Source of the DNA: Ferruginibacter sp.
GTDB lineage: Bacteria; Bacteroidota; Bacteroidia; Chitinophagales; Chitinophagaceae
Length of the DNA stretch: 64,000 bases
NCBI GenBank assembly: GCA_047602605.1
Contig: JASGGW010000001.1
Coordinates: 911,619 to 975,618 of the forward strand
Direction: 5' to 3'
A program made the position numbers and the translations under genes. This document shows positions 31,932 through 42,600 of the stretch, in pieces. The notes beneath the pieces are model-generated. The model was not told the origin of the DNA. It saw only the letters and a program-made list of their open reading frames with translations, and ran no database searches. How positions within the stretch are numbered: the first letter of the stretch is position 1; every line of letters begins with the position of its first letter.

Positions 31932-33164
31932 TTAATCAAGTAAATGGGTAAGCAGGCCATCCCTTAGTTTGGGTTCAAACCAGGTACTTTTCGGGGGCAT
32001 TACTTCACCACTGTCGGCTACTGCAAAAAGCTGCTCAATGCTTACAGGATATAAGCTGATGGCCAACGCCATTTCGCCGCTGTCCACTCTTTTTTCCAGC
32101 TCATCCAGTCCACGGATACCGCCAACAAAATCAATGCGCTTATCGGTGCGCTGGTCTTTGATGCCCAGCACAGGATCCAGTAAATTGTTTTGCAGGATGC
32201 TTACATCCAGCACTTCAATCGGGTGCGAAGCGTCAAAGGTTTTTGGTTTCGCAGTGAGCCTGTACCATTGTTGATTGAGATAGAGGCCAAACTCATGCGC
32301 TGCTTCCGGGCGGTATTGATCGCTTACTTTTTCTACGGTAAACTTGGTATCCAGCTTTTTAAAAAAATCTGCTTCGCTTAAGCCGTTCAAATCGGTGATC
32401 ACCCTGTTGTAATCCATGATGGCCAGCTGGTTGCTGGGAAACAATGTCGTTAAAAAATAATCTGCATTTTCCGTGGCGGCTTCGCCTAAAGTCTTTCTTA
32501 CTTTAGCGGCTGATGCGGCACGGTGATGCCCGTCAGCAATATAAGTAGCCGGCACCAGGGTTTTAAAAAGATGGCTGATCTTTTCTATAGTGGCGTCATC
32601 ATTAACGATCCAGATGGTGTGCTGTATGCCGTCATCTGCAGTTAAATCATACTGCGGACTTTTATCTTTCATCCATGCATTGATGACTGCGTCAATTTCA
32701 TCCACGTTCTTATAAGCCAGGAACACATTGCCCGTTTGTGCACCGATCGTTTTCATATGATCAATGCGGTCCTTCTCTTTTTCAGGGCGGGTGAACTCAT
32801 GCTTTTTGATGAGGCCGTTCTCATAATCATCCACCGAGCTGCCGCATACAAGTCCTGCCTGGCTGCGGCCATCCATAGTGAGGCGGTATATATAATAGCA
32901 GGGTTTGTTTTCCCTGAATAAAATATTACGGCTGATGAAGGCAGATAAATTTTCCTTTGCCTTATCATACACTTCCTGCGAATGAATGTCGGTTGATTCA
33001 GGTAAGCCTATTTCACTTTTGGTGATATGAAGAAATGAATTGGGGTTGCCCTGTGCTTCTATCTTGGCTTCTTTGCTGTTGAGTACATCATAGGGACGGC
33101 TGGCCACCTGCTTTGCAAGCTGCGGCTCCGGTCTTAGTGCTTTAAAAGGTGTTACGGTTACCAT
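31932..33164 (-). CDS. DUF1015 family protein
   Basis: PYDV, IKKHEFTR, YIADGHHR, MPPKSTWFEPKLRDGL; adjacent to serC. Confidence 0.88.
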   Translation of the reverse strand: MVTVTPFKALRPEPQLAKQVASRPYDVLNSKEAKIEAQGNPNSFLHITKSEIGLPESTDIHSQEVYDKAKENLSAFISRNILFRENKPCYYIYRLTMDGRSQAGLVCGSSVDDYENGLIKKHEFTRPEKEKDRIDHMKTIGAQTGNVFLAYKNVDEIDAVINAWMKDKSPQYDLTADDGIQHTIWIVNDDATIEKISHLFKTLVPATYIADGHHRAASAAKVRKTLGEAATENADYFLTTLFPSNQLAIMDYNRVITDLNGLSEADFFKKLDTKFTVEKVSDQYRPEAAHEFGLYLNQQWYRLTAKPKTFDASHPIEVLDVSILQNNLLDPVLGIKDQRTDKRIDFVGGIRGLDELEKRVDSGEMALAISLYPVSIEQLFAVADSGEVMPPKSTWFEPKLRDGLLTHLLD

Positions 33165-33264
33165 GTTTATGAATTGTTGGGAAACAAATGTAGGGATTAG
33201 GTATTAAAAGTTAAAGGTTTGCAGGGCAACTGTTGATAGTTTACAGGATTTCAACACTACTCCT

Positions 33265-33294
33265 GCTAACAGCTAACGGCTAATAGCTGTTAGC
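33265..33294. repeat. Short heptamer tandem repeat forming an 11-bp hairpin after the serC stop
   Basis: gctaaca-gctaacg-gctaata-gctgtta; GCTAACAGCTA/TAGCTGTTAGC. Confidence 0.5.
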
Positions 33295-34368
33295 TTATTT
33301 AAATTCTCTGATCGCATCCACCAGTACCTGCACACTGCTGATGGGCATGGCATTGTAGATGCTGGCACGGAAGCCGCCCGTGGTGCGGTGTCCCTTGATG
33401 CCTACAATGCCCATTGATTTGGTGAATTGTAAAAATTCAGCTTCACGGCTGGTATCTTTCATTACAAAACATACGTTCATTTTGCTGCGGTCTTCTTTTA
33501 CCACGTTGCCCACAAACAGGTCGCTTTCGTCAATAGCATTATACAACAACGCTGCTTTTTCAATGTTCAGCTTTTCCACGGCTGCAATGCCGCCGGTTTC
33601 TTTCAGCCAGCGCAATGTAAGCAGGCATACATACACGGCGAATACAGGAGGCGTGTTCAGCATGCTGCCTTCATTGATATGATTGCGGTAATCCATGATG
33701 GTAGGGATGGCCCGCTTTACTTTTCCTAAAATATTTTTATTGACAATGACCAGGTTCACGCCGGCAGGTCCCATGTTCTTTTGTGCGCCTGCATAAATAA
33801 GATCGAATTTATTGAAGTCGAGCACACGGCTGAAAATATCAGAGCTCATATCAGCTACCATCGGGTTGCTGCAAAACGGTATCTGCTGCCATTGTGTACC
33901 GTAGATGGTGTTATTCGTTGTGATATGCAGGTATTTTGCATCATTCGGCACTGCAAAATCTTTGGGGATGTAGGAATAATTTTTTTCTCTTGAACTGCAC
34001 ACCACATCCACATTGCCAAATAGTTTGGCTTCCTTAATAGCTTTGTAGCCCCAGATATCCGTATCGGTATACGCTGCCCGTTCTTTTGTATCCAGCAGGT
34101 TCATGGGCACCTGCATGAATTGGGTGCTGGCGCCGCCATGCAGGAACAATACTTCATGATCTGTATCCAGCTGCATCAGCTCTTTTACCAGCGCACGGGC
34201 TTCCTCCATCACAGCCGTGAACTCGGGCGTACGATGGCCGAACTCCAGGATGGACAAACCGCTGTCGTTAAAATTCAATATGGCAGCGCTGGCCTGTTCA
34301 AAAACACTTTTCGGTAAAATAGACGGCCCAGCGTTGAAATTATGTACGGTAGCGGTGGTAGCACTCAT
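33295..34368 (-). CDS. serC: Phosphoserine aminotransferase
   Basis: HNFNAGPS, GGASTQF, DMSSD, YAGAQKNMGPAG, NTPP, GHR..GGFRASIYNA. Confidence 0.96.
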   Translation of the reverse strand: MSATTATVHNFNAGPSILPKSVFEQASAAILNFNDSGLSILEFGHRTPEFTAVMEEARALVKELMQLDTDHEVLFLHGGASTQFMQVPMNLLDTKERAAYTDTDIWGYKAIKEAKLFGNVDVVCSSREKNYSYIPKDFAVPNDAKYLHITTNNTIYGTQWQQIPFCSNPMVADMSSDIFSRVLDFNKFDLIYAGAQKNMGPAGVNLVIVNKNILGKVKRAIPTIMDYRNHINEGSMLNTPPVFAVYVCLLTLRWLKETGGIAAVEKLNIEKAALLYNAIDESDLFVGNVVKEDRSKMNVCFVMKDTSREAEFLQFTKSMGIVGIKGHRTTGGFRASIYNAMPISSVQVLVDAIREFK

Positions 34369-34486
34369 GGTAGAAAAAATTGAGGTGCGAAGGTAGGAAA
34401 GGATTTATGATTTTTACGGGCAAATGCCTGATTTTATGCGGCTGAAATACTTTTGTTTTTCAAAAAAAATCCATACGGGAGTATCG

Positions 34487-35464
34487 CTATTCTTCCCTGC
34501 CGATGATGGTGCCGCCGTTGTTCCATTTAATATTCAGCTCTTCAAATTCTTTTACATCTTTTTCGGAGAATTTTTGCTTTACCAGGCCCTTCAGATCAGG
34601 CTGGCCGGCATTCACCCAGGCGGTGTACCAGAAGGATGCAATGGCAAAGATAGATTGCCGCATCCTGCGTTCTACCATGCCGTTGAGCTGCTCGTTATAT
34701 GCTTTGGTAAAAGCCGAGCTGTATTGTCGTACCACTATGCCGTTCCGTTCTTCAAATGAATACTTTTTGTCTTCGGAAAATTGTTCCGTCAACGTTTTCT
34801 CCAGCTGTAATACCGTATCTGCTGCTGCGGCGCTTTCCAGTACACGGTCCCAGATGAACCCGCCGGGATCTTTAATGTATTCCGCCTTGCCAATAAAAAA
34901 ATCAAAATTCTTTTCCGCCAGCAATTCCGGCACACGGCTTTCCCAGAAAGCATGGATGCCTTTTTGGTTGGTCAGCTGCCCGTTGTGATTGCTGCTTGCA
35001 TGCAGCGGTACATGCGCATCGGCAATATAATGTCCCAGCTCGGCGCTGTTTTTCATGATGCGGCTGAAATCCTTTGCCTTAAAAGCTTCGGTGAGGCGGT
35101 ACAACATCGTTTGCACATGCCAGGGCACAATGCCGTTTTCCTGCACCTTCGTTTCGCCGAACCTGGCAACGGCGCTGTCGTAGCGGCGGGGCAGATCAGG
35201 GTAAGGATATTTGCCATATACATCGATATCAATAAAATGCCTGGGACCTTCTTCCTTTACCGCATAACGGCGCTTGTCGGGGTCTACCGCATGCTCACTC
35301 AGGAAGCGGATGTTTTTTTTGTACAGCACCATCATTTCTGGTGGCAGCAAAAAAACAGCGTAGTAGTTGATGCGCTGGTGGCCGAAGAATCCCCAGCAGA
35401 ATGCCGGCATATTCAGCAGCAGTAAAACAATGCAGGGTAGTATGGTACGCAGCAGCGCCTTCAT
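34487..35464 (-). CDS. Zn-dependent S1/P1 nuclease / phospholipase C family protein
   Basis: Mature N-terminus WGFFGH; GHYIADAHVPLH; GIHAFWES. Confidence 0.85.
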   Translation of the reverse strand: MKALLRTILPCIVLLLLNMPAFCWGFFGHQRINYYAVFLLPPEMMVLYKKNIRFLSEHAVDPDKRRYAVKEEGPRHFIDIDVYGKYPYPDLPRRYDSAVARFGETKVQENGIVPWHVQTMLYRLTEAFKAKDFSRIMKNSAELGHYIADAHVPLHASSNHNGQLTNQKGIHAFWESRVPELLAEKNFDFFIGKAEYIKDPGGFIWDRVLESAAAADTVLQLEKTLTEQFSEDKKYSFEERNGIVVRQYSSAFTKAYNEQLNGMVERRMRQSIFAIASFWYTAWVNAGQPDLKGLVKQKFSEKDVKEFEELNIKWNNGGTIIGREE

Positions 35465-35502
35465 GGTATTAAATGTAATAAAAACCTGTCACACTCTATG
35501 GA

Positions 35503-36120
35503 TCAGCTGTGATGCTCCGTATCTTCCACGGAAGTAACACCGCCGCTCACCGCAAACTTCATGGTTTGTGCACTGCTGATATGGGTTACCGGCTTCACCC
35601 TTGTTTTGGGCAAAATATAAACATTGCCCGCCACCGAATAAGCCATCGGTATATACACAGCCACATGATCCTGCAGGCCGAAATCGCTCATATCATCATT
35701 GGTGATAAAGCCCACCCGCCATACATCGTTGTCGTCCACGTTGGCCAGCACATTCTGCGTGAATTTCTTTTTATCGCCGGTAAAAGCTTCAAAAAAATCA
35801 CGGGTGGTGGAATAGATATGCTTGAGCCCCGGTGTTTTCTGGAAAAATTTATCCATGAAGCTGATGATGCGGCCCGTAATGAAAAAGGAGCTGAAATAGC
35901 CCATGGCAATCACAAAACCGATGATGAGAATGAATCCCAGGCCATAGTTCTGCACCGTTACCCTTCCCGTTTCGTCTTTATGGGTGAAAATAGGTATCAG
36001 GCCGTCGATACCCGATACCACGAAATAAATGGCGTAAATGGTAATGCAGATAGGGGCAAGGATCAGCATGCCCTGTAAAAAATATTGAAGGAGCTTTTTA
36101 TACTCAAAAGGCTTTTCCAT
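35503..36120 (-). CDS. DUF502 membrane protein
   Basis: FLQGMLILAPICIT, PGLKHIYS, GFIT, AVYIP, MKFAVSGG. Confidence 0.85.
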   Translation of the reverse strand: MEKPFEYKKLLQYFLQGMLILAPICITIYAIYFVVSGIDGLIPIFTHKDETGRVTVQNYGLGFILIIGFVIAMGYFSSFFITGRIISFMDKFFQKTPGLKHIYSTTRDFFEAFTGDKKKFTQNVLANVDDNDVWRVGFITNDDMSDFGLQDHVAVYIPMAYSVAGNVYILPKTRVKPVTHISSAQTMKFAVSGGVTSVEDTEHHS

Positions 36121-36237
36121 AAACAGATGCTTTAATGGTCAAAGATACTGATTGGATGTCAGCCGTTTACTGTAATTAAACCGTCATTTTTTGCAGGCCG
36201 CTCGTTAAAAAATTATTACGAATGGCAAAAAAAAGGG

Positions 36238-36276
36238 ATGGAAACTTTGGTAACGTAAAAAGTTTCCATAGTTTTG
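36238..36276 (+). promoter_or_regulatory. TetR operator overlapping a Bacteroidota promoter
   Basis: Perfect 11-bp inverted repeat ATGGAAACTTT-N10-AAAGTTTCCAT; -33 TTTG (36246) and -7 TAGTTTTG (36269) spaced 19 nt. Confidence 0.75.
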
Positions 36277-36285
36277 CACCCGATT

Positions 36286-36927
36286 ATGGTAGAAGTATTG
36301 GATCCTAAAGACAGAATTAAATCGGCAGCGCATGAGCTGGTGATGAAATACGGTATACGTACCGTAAGCATGGATGATATTGCTGCGGCGGTGGGTATGA
36401 GCAAAAAGACGCTTTACCAGTATTACCAGGACAAGGATGAGCTGGTAAAAGCCATTGTGGACAGTGTGCTGGATGACAACCGCTGCCAGTGCGGCGACTG
36501 CGTGGAGCATGCGGACAATGCCATTCATGAGATATTCCTCACCATTGAAATGATGGTGGAAATGTTTGATGAAATGAACCCCTCCGTGGTTTTTGAGCTG
36601 CAGAAATACCATCCCAATGCCTACCAGTCATTTGTAAAGCATAAAAGTGAGTTCATTTATGTAACCATCAAGAGCAACCTTGAGCGGGGCATCCGGGAAG
36701 AGCTGTACCGCCCCGATATCAACGTTGAAGTGCTGAGCCGCTTCAGAATAGAATCCATGTTCATTCCTTTTAATCCCGAGTTCCAGCGCAGCCTTCATAA
36801 GGTGACCTTGCTGGAAATTGAAGAGCAGATCATCCTGAATTTTCTTTTTGGTATGGTTACTGCCCGGGGATATAAGCTCGCAATGAAATACCTGGAACAG
36901 CGAAATAAACCCGTATCAAAAAATTAA
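36286..36927 (+). CDS. TetR/AcrR-family regulator
   Basis: GIRTVSMDDIAAAVGMSKKTLYQYY HTH; precedes the efflux operon. Confidence 0.92.
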   Translation: MVEVLDPKDRIKSAAHELVMKYGIRTVSMDDIAAAVGMSKKTLYQYYQDKDELVKAIVDSVLDDNRCQCGDCVEHADNAIHEIFLTIEMMVEMFDEMNPSVVFELQKYHPNAYQSFVKHKSEFIYVTIKSNLERGIREELYRPDINVEVLSRFRIESMFIPFNPEFQRSLHKVTLLEIEEQIILNFLFGMVTARGYKLAMKYLEQRNKPVSKN

Positions 36928-36944
36928 TAAATCAACAGAAGAAG

Positions 36945-38303
36945 ATGACGATGAAACCATTGTTTAACAACAAGGCCCTGCGGCTTACCGCTCTATTGAT
37001 GCTTATGGGAGCATTGCAGGTAAGCAGGGCGCAAACCGTACATGCCTTTTCGGCGAAGCAGGCGGTGGATTATGCCAGGCAAAATTCAGTGACCGTAAAA
37101 AATGCGCTCATTGATATCAAGATCCAGGAGCAGACCAACAGGGAAGTTACTTCGGCCGCATTGCCACAGGTGAGCGGTACCGGCTCTTTCCAGGATTACC
37201 TGAAAATACCTACACAGCTGCTGCCGGCCGAAATTGTAGGCGGCCCTGCCGGCACTTATATCCCGGTGCAGTTTGGTACCAAGTACAATGCCAGCGGCTC
37301 AGTGGATGTGCAGCAGATCCTTTTTGACGGCCAGGTGTTTGTAGGCCTGCAGGCCCGCAAAACTGTGTTGGACTTTGCCACCAAGCAGGCGGAAGTAACC
37401 GAAGAGCAGATCAAGGCGAATGTGTACAAAGTATATTACCAGCTGGTGGTAGGCCGCCAGCAGATGACCAGCATTGATGCCAATATCACCCGCTTTGAAA
37501 AGCTGCTCAACGATGTAGGCGAAATGTATAAGAACGGGTTTTCTGAAAGGCTGGATATTGATAAGGTGCAGGTGCAGCTGAATAACCTGCGTACCGAAAA
37601 ATTAAAAACCGAGAACCAATTGAAGATCGGTAATGCAGGTCTGAAGTTTTTAATGAACATGCCGCAGAAAGATTCGCTGGTGCTCACCGATAGTCTTACT
37701 GAAGAAGAGCTGAAATCGAATATACTGGGGGAAGAATACAAATACGAAGACCGTAAGGAATACCAGCTGCTGTCATTGGCGCTTAAAATGAACGAGTACA
37801 ATGTACGCCGCTATAAGCTGAGCCGCATCCCTACATTGTCTGCTTTCGGTTCTTACCAGAAAAATGCGCAGCGCAGCAAGTTTGATTTCTTCAAAAGCGG
37901 CGGCGACTGGTTTACCACTGCTATTGTAGGCCTCAAGCTCAATGTGCCCATCTTCGATGGTTTTGCAAGACGGTCGAAGATCCGTTCCGCACAGCTGGAG
38001 GTACAGAAAACGCAGAACAATCTTGCACAGCTTAAAGAGAATATAGATAATAGCATTATTACTTCAAGACTGGAAATGACCAGTGCGCTGCAGACCATCG
38101 ACAACCAGAAACAGAATGTGACGCTGGCAGAAAAAGTATATAACACCACCAAGCTGAAATTTGAGCAGGGCCTGGGTGATAACCAGGAAATATATACGGC
38201 GCAATCGGAGCTCAAAGTGGCGCAGAACAATTATTACAGCGCTCTCTATGATGCCATTGTTGCTAAAATAGATTATTTGCAGGCAGCAGGAAAATTACCA
38301 TAA
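36945..38303 (+). CDS. TolC-family outer membrane efflux protein
   Basis: Signal peptide; LPQVS, LNVPIFDG, coiled-coil repeats. Confidence 0.9.
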   Translation: MTMKPLFNNKALRLTALLMLMGALQVSRAQTVHAFSAKQAVDYARQNSVTVKNALIDIKIQEQTNREVTSAALPQVSGTGSFQDYLKIPTQLLPAEIVGGPAGTYIPVQFGTKYNASGSVDVQQILFDGQVFVGLQARKTVLDFATKQAEVTEEQIKANVYKVYYQLVVGRQQMTSIDANITRFEKLLNDVGEMYKNGFSERLDIDKVQVQLNNLRTEKLKTENQLKIGNAGLKFLMNMPQKDSLVLTDSLTEEELKSNILGEEYKYEDRKEYQLLSLALKMNEYNVRRYKLSRIPTLSAFGSYQKNAQRSKFDFFKSGGDWFTTAIVGLKLNVPIFDGFARRSKIRSAQLEVQKTQNNLAQLKENIDNSIITSRLEMTSALQTIDNQKQNVTLAEKVYNTTKLKFEQGLGDNQEIYTAQSELKVAQNNYYSALYDAIVAKIDYLQAAGKLP

Positions 38304-38341
38304 CAACCAATACAATTACTTAAACACTAACATCCTCATAT

Positions 38342-39553
38342 ATGAAGCAATATATTATACCGGCCCTGGCAGCTATGCTTGTTCTTTCTTCCTGCGGCGA
38401 CAGCAAAAAAGAAGGCAATGCGGCTATCAACGATAAGAAGGCCGAACTGGAAAAATTAAAGAAAGAAAAATCAGCACAGGAAGATAAGATCCAGAAGCTG
38501 GAAGATGAACTCGCCAAGCAGGATACAGGCTCTGCCAAAGCCGCCAGCGCCAAACTGGTAGCCCTTGGGCCGGTGGGCTCCCAGGACTTTAAACACTATA
38601 TAGAGCTGAGGGGTATGGTGGATGCCGATAATATCTCTTATATCTCCCCACGTATGGGCCCTGCCCAGGTGAAAGCGGTGTATGTTCGCCAGGGCCAGAC
38701 CGTGAAAAAAGGCCAGCTGCTGCTGAAGCTGGACGATGCTATTGTGCGTCAGCAGGTAGTTGCCGCCAAACAGCAGGCAGAAGGTATTAAAACACAGCTG
38801 GCTTATGCAAAAAACATTGCCCAGCGCCAGCAAAACCTGTGGGATAAAGGCATTGGTACAGAAGTGCAGCTCATCACTGCAAAAAATAATGTGGCCAGCT
38901 TGGAAAGCCAGCTCAAAGCTGCCAATGAGCAAACGCAGGTGGCAATAGAACAGCTCAATACCGCCAATGTGTACAGCGATGTGAATGGTGTGGCCGATGC
39001 GGTGAACATAAGGGTAGGTGAAATATTCCAGGGCATGAGCTCCAGTGGCCAGCCGCAGATAAAAATTGTAAATACCAGCAACCTGAAAGTGGTGACCAAT
39101 ATTGCAGAAAACTATATGGCCAAACTGCGTTTAGGCACACCTGTGGTGGTGTCGCTGCCGGATGTAAACAAAACATTCAATACTTCTTTGTCTTTCCTCG
39201 GCCAGTCCATTGCCACCAATATGATCGGTTTTGTGGCCGAAGCAAAACTGCCGAGAGACCCGCAGCTGAAACCTAACCAGACCGCTGTGGTGAGGATACT
39301 GGATTACAGCGCCCCCAATGCTGTTGTAATACCGGTGAACACATTGCAAACAGATGAAAAAGGAAAATATGTTTTTGTGGCGCAGAAATTATCGAACGGG
39401 ACTTTAATAGCCAAGAAAAAGCCGGTACAGGTAGGAGAAATATTTGGTGAAACAGCCGAGATTAAAACCGGTCTTGCCGTAGGCGAACAACTGGTGATCG
39501 ATGGTTACCAAACCATTTACGAAGGACAACAGCTGACCGTTGCTAACCAATAA
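38342..39553 (+). CDS. RND membrane fusion (periplasmic adaptor) lipoprotein
   Basis: LSSC lipobox; VRQGQTVKKGQLL lipoyl motif; GLAVGEQLV. Confidence 0.9.
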   Translation: MKQYIIPALAAMLVLSSCGDSKKEGNAAINDKKAELEKLKKEKSAQEDKIQKLEDELAKQDTGSAKAASAKLVALGPVGSQDFKHYIELRGMVDADNISYISPRMGPAQVKAVYVRQGQTVKKGQLLLKLDDAIVRQQVVAAKQQAEGIKTQLAYAKNIAQRQQNLWDKGIGTEVQLITAKNNVASLESQLKAANEQTQVAIEQLNTANVYSDVNGVADAVNIRVGEIFQGMSSSGQPQIKIVNTSNLKVVTNIAENYMAKLRLGTPVVVSLPDVNKTFNTSLSFLGQSIATNMIGFVAEAKLPRDPQLKPNQTAVVRILDYSAPNAVVIPVNTLQTDEKGKYVFVAQKLSNGTLIAKKKPVQVGEIFGETAEIKTGLAVGEQLVIDGYQTIYEGQQLTVANQ

Positions 39554-39686
39554 GCATAAGCGCAGTATTGCCCACGGGCAATTAATTTAAGAAACCGGCA
39601 GTTGAAAATTTCCAGGGTTTGTATCAAAGCCGCCTGGAGATTGTACAGGCCGGGCCAGATCTGACTTAAGACATAAAAATTTACAG

Positions 39687-42600
39687 ATGAAAAAACATTT
39701 GGAAGGGATTTCGAAAAAGTTCAAGGAGTTCTTTGTAACCAGCTGGGCGGTGGACAACCGTACGGCGGTATATATATTAGCCATCATTATCAGTGCTTAC
39801 GGGTTGATGAAATTCACCAGTATGCCCAAAGAGCAGTTCCCCGATATCGTGGTGCCCACTATCAGCATCACTACTATTTATGCCGGTAACTCGCCGAAGG
39901 ATATTGAAAACCTCGTTACACAGCCTATTGAAAAGCAGCTGAAAGGTATCAGCGGCGCCAAGGTTAATAAGATCAACAGTATTTCGCAGCAGGATTACAG
40001 TCTCATCATCGTGGAGTTTGATACCGATGTAAAGACCGACCTGGCAAAAACCAAAGTGCAGGATGCGATAGACAGGGCGCAAAGCGACCTGCCCACCGAT
40101 CTTACTTCCGAGCCGGTAGCGCAGGAGTTTTCGATCAGTGAAATGCCGATCATGTATGTGAATGTGAGCGGTAACTACGACGGGTTGAAATTAAAATCAT
40201 ATGCAGAAGACCTGCAGGATGAATTTGAGAATATACCGGAGATCAACCGTGCAGATATTGTAGGTGCACCCGAAAGAGAAATACAGATCAATGCCGATCC
40301 TTATAAAATGCAGGCGGCACGCCTCACTTTCACCGATATAGAAAATGCGGTGAGTAGGGAAAACCATGATATTACCAGCGGACAGATAGATGTAGGCACG
40401 CAGGAGCGTACCATGAAAGTGAAAGGCCAGTTCAAAACTGCCGACGATATGCGCAATATCATAGTAAGAAGCAGCGCACAGGGTGGCTGGGCTTACCTGC
40501 GTGACATAGCGCAGGTGGTGGATACCGTAAAGGAGAAAGAAAGCTATGCCCGCCTCAATGGTAATGATGTGGTAACGCTCAACATTGTAAAACGTGCGGG
40601 TGAGAACCTCATCGAAGCGGCTACAAAAATTAAGGATGTGGTGAAAACCATGAAAGAAAAAGGCGACCTGCCCCAGAACCTGGATATCGTTATCACAGGC
40701 GACCAGAGCAAGACCACCGCTACTTCTTTCAATGAGCTGGTGAATACCATCATTATCGGTTTTATACTGGTACTGGTGATCCTCATGTTCTTTATGGGTG
40801 TTACCAATGCCTTCTTCGTGGCGCTCAGTGTGCCTTTGAGTGTGTTTGTCGCCTTCCTGTTCTTACCGGTTGCCGATGCTATTGTGGGCACTTCAGTAAC
40901 GCTCAACTTCATTGTGCTCTTTGCATTGCTCTTCGGCCTCGGTATTATCGTGGATGATGCCATCGTAGTAATTGAAAATACGCACCGTATCTATCACAAC
41001 GGTAAAGTGCCCATTGTGCGAAGCGCCAAGGAGGCGGCCGGGGAAGTATTTGTGCCCGTGCTGGCCGGTACGGCCACCACGCTGGCGCCGTTCTTCCCGC
41101 TGCTGTTCTGGAAAGGTATTATCGGTAAGTTCATGATCTACCTGCCTACCATGCTTATTCTTACACTGGCGGCATCGCTCATCGTGGCCTTCTTCTTCAA
41201 CCCTGTATTTGCGGTAAGCTTTATGCAGCCCGAAGGAAAAGAACATGAAGAGCCGAAGAAAATGTTATTCAAAAAATGGTGGTTCTGGACCTTCCTGGCA
41301 TTTGGCCTTGTATTCCATGTTTTTGGTTTCCATGGTCTGGGCAACTTCATGCTCTTCATGGTGCTTATGTTCCTGCTCAACAGGTTCCTGCTCAGCGATG
41401 TGATCCATTATTTCCAGAACAGGATATTGCCCGGCCTCATGAACCGCTATGAAAAAATGCTGCGTTGGGTATTGAAAGGATGGAGACCGGTGTGGATGTT
41501 CGTATCGCTGTTCGGTGTATTTGCGATTGCGGTGGTGCTGTTGATGGTGAGTGTAAACAGCGGGCGTACCAAAACCACGTTCTTCCCCAGCGGTGATCCC
41601 AATATGATATATGTGTACCTGAAAATGCCGGTGGGTACCCGTGTGGAAACCACGGACAGCATTACCGGCATACTGGAAAAAAGAGTGCTGAAAGTGCTCG
41701 ATAAAGAGCTGCCGCAGAAAGGTGGTATCGTGGAAAGTGTGATCACCAACGTGGCCAGCAGCGCCAACAATCCGGATGATAACAACAGGAGCATACAGCC
41801 AAACCTTGGCCGTATACAGGTTTCCTTCGTGGAATTTGAAAAACGCCACGGCAAAAGAACTTCACCCTTCCTGGATGAGATAAGGGCGCAGATGGGCGGC
41901 ATACCCGGTTCCAGCATCAGCGTGGAGCAGGAAAGCAGCGGCCCGCCAACCGACCCGCCGGTAAATATCGAGATATCAGGCGATGATTATGACCAGATAT
42001 CCAAAGTGGCCAAAGACCTGCTCAATTACCTGGATGTTCATAAAACAGAAGGTATCAATAACCTGCACATGGATGTTGACCTCAACAGTCCCGAGATCAC
42101 CATCAACGTAGACCGGGAAAAAGCTACGCTGGAAGGATTGAGCACTGCACAGATCGGTATGGAGCTTCGTACAGGGGTGTTTGGTAAAGAGATCAGCAAG
42201 ATCAAAGAAGGGGAGGATGAGTATAAGATCCAATTGCGTTATACATCCGACCTGCGCAACAATGTAACCGACCTGCTCAACCAGCGCATTACATTCATGG
42301 ATATGAATACCATGGCGGTGAAATCGATTCCTATCGGCGCCATTGCCAGCATTGATTATACCAGCACATCCGGTGCAGTGGCACGTAAAAATGTAAAACG
42401 TACCATCCAGCTGCAATCGAATGTACTGGAAGCATCCATGACCAATAAAATTAACCAGGAGCTGAAAGGCAAGATCGCCGACTTCAAGTCATCCAATACC
42501 ATTCCGCCGAATGTAACCATTCGTCAGACAGGGCAGGGTGAGCAGGAGGCTGAAACCAGCGCTTTCCTGGGCAATGCATTGATGGTGGCCCTGGGGCTTA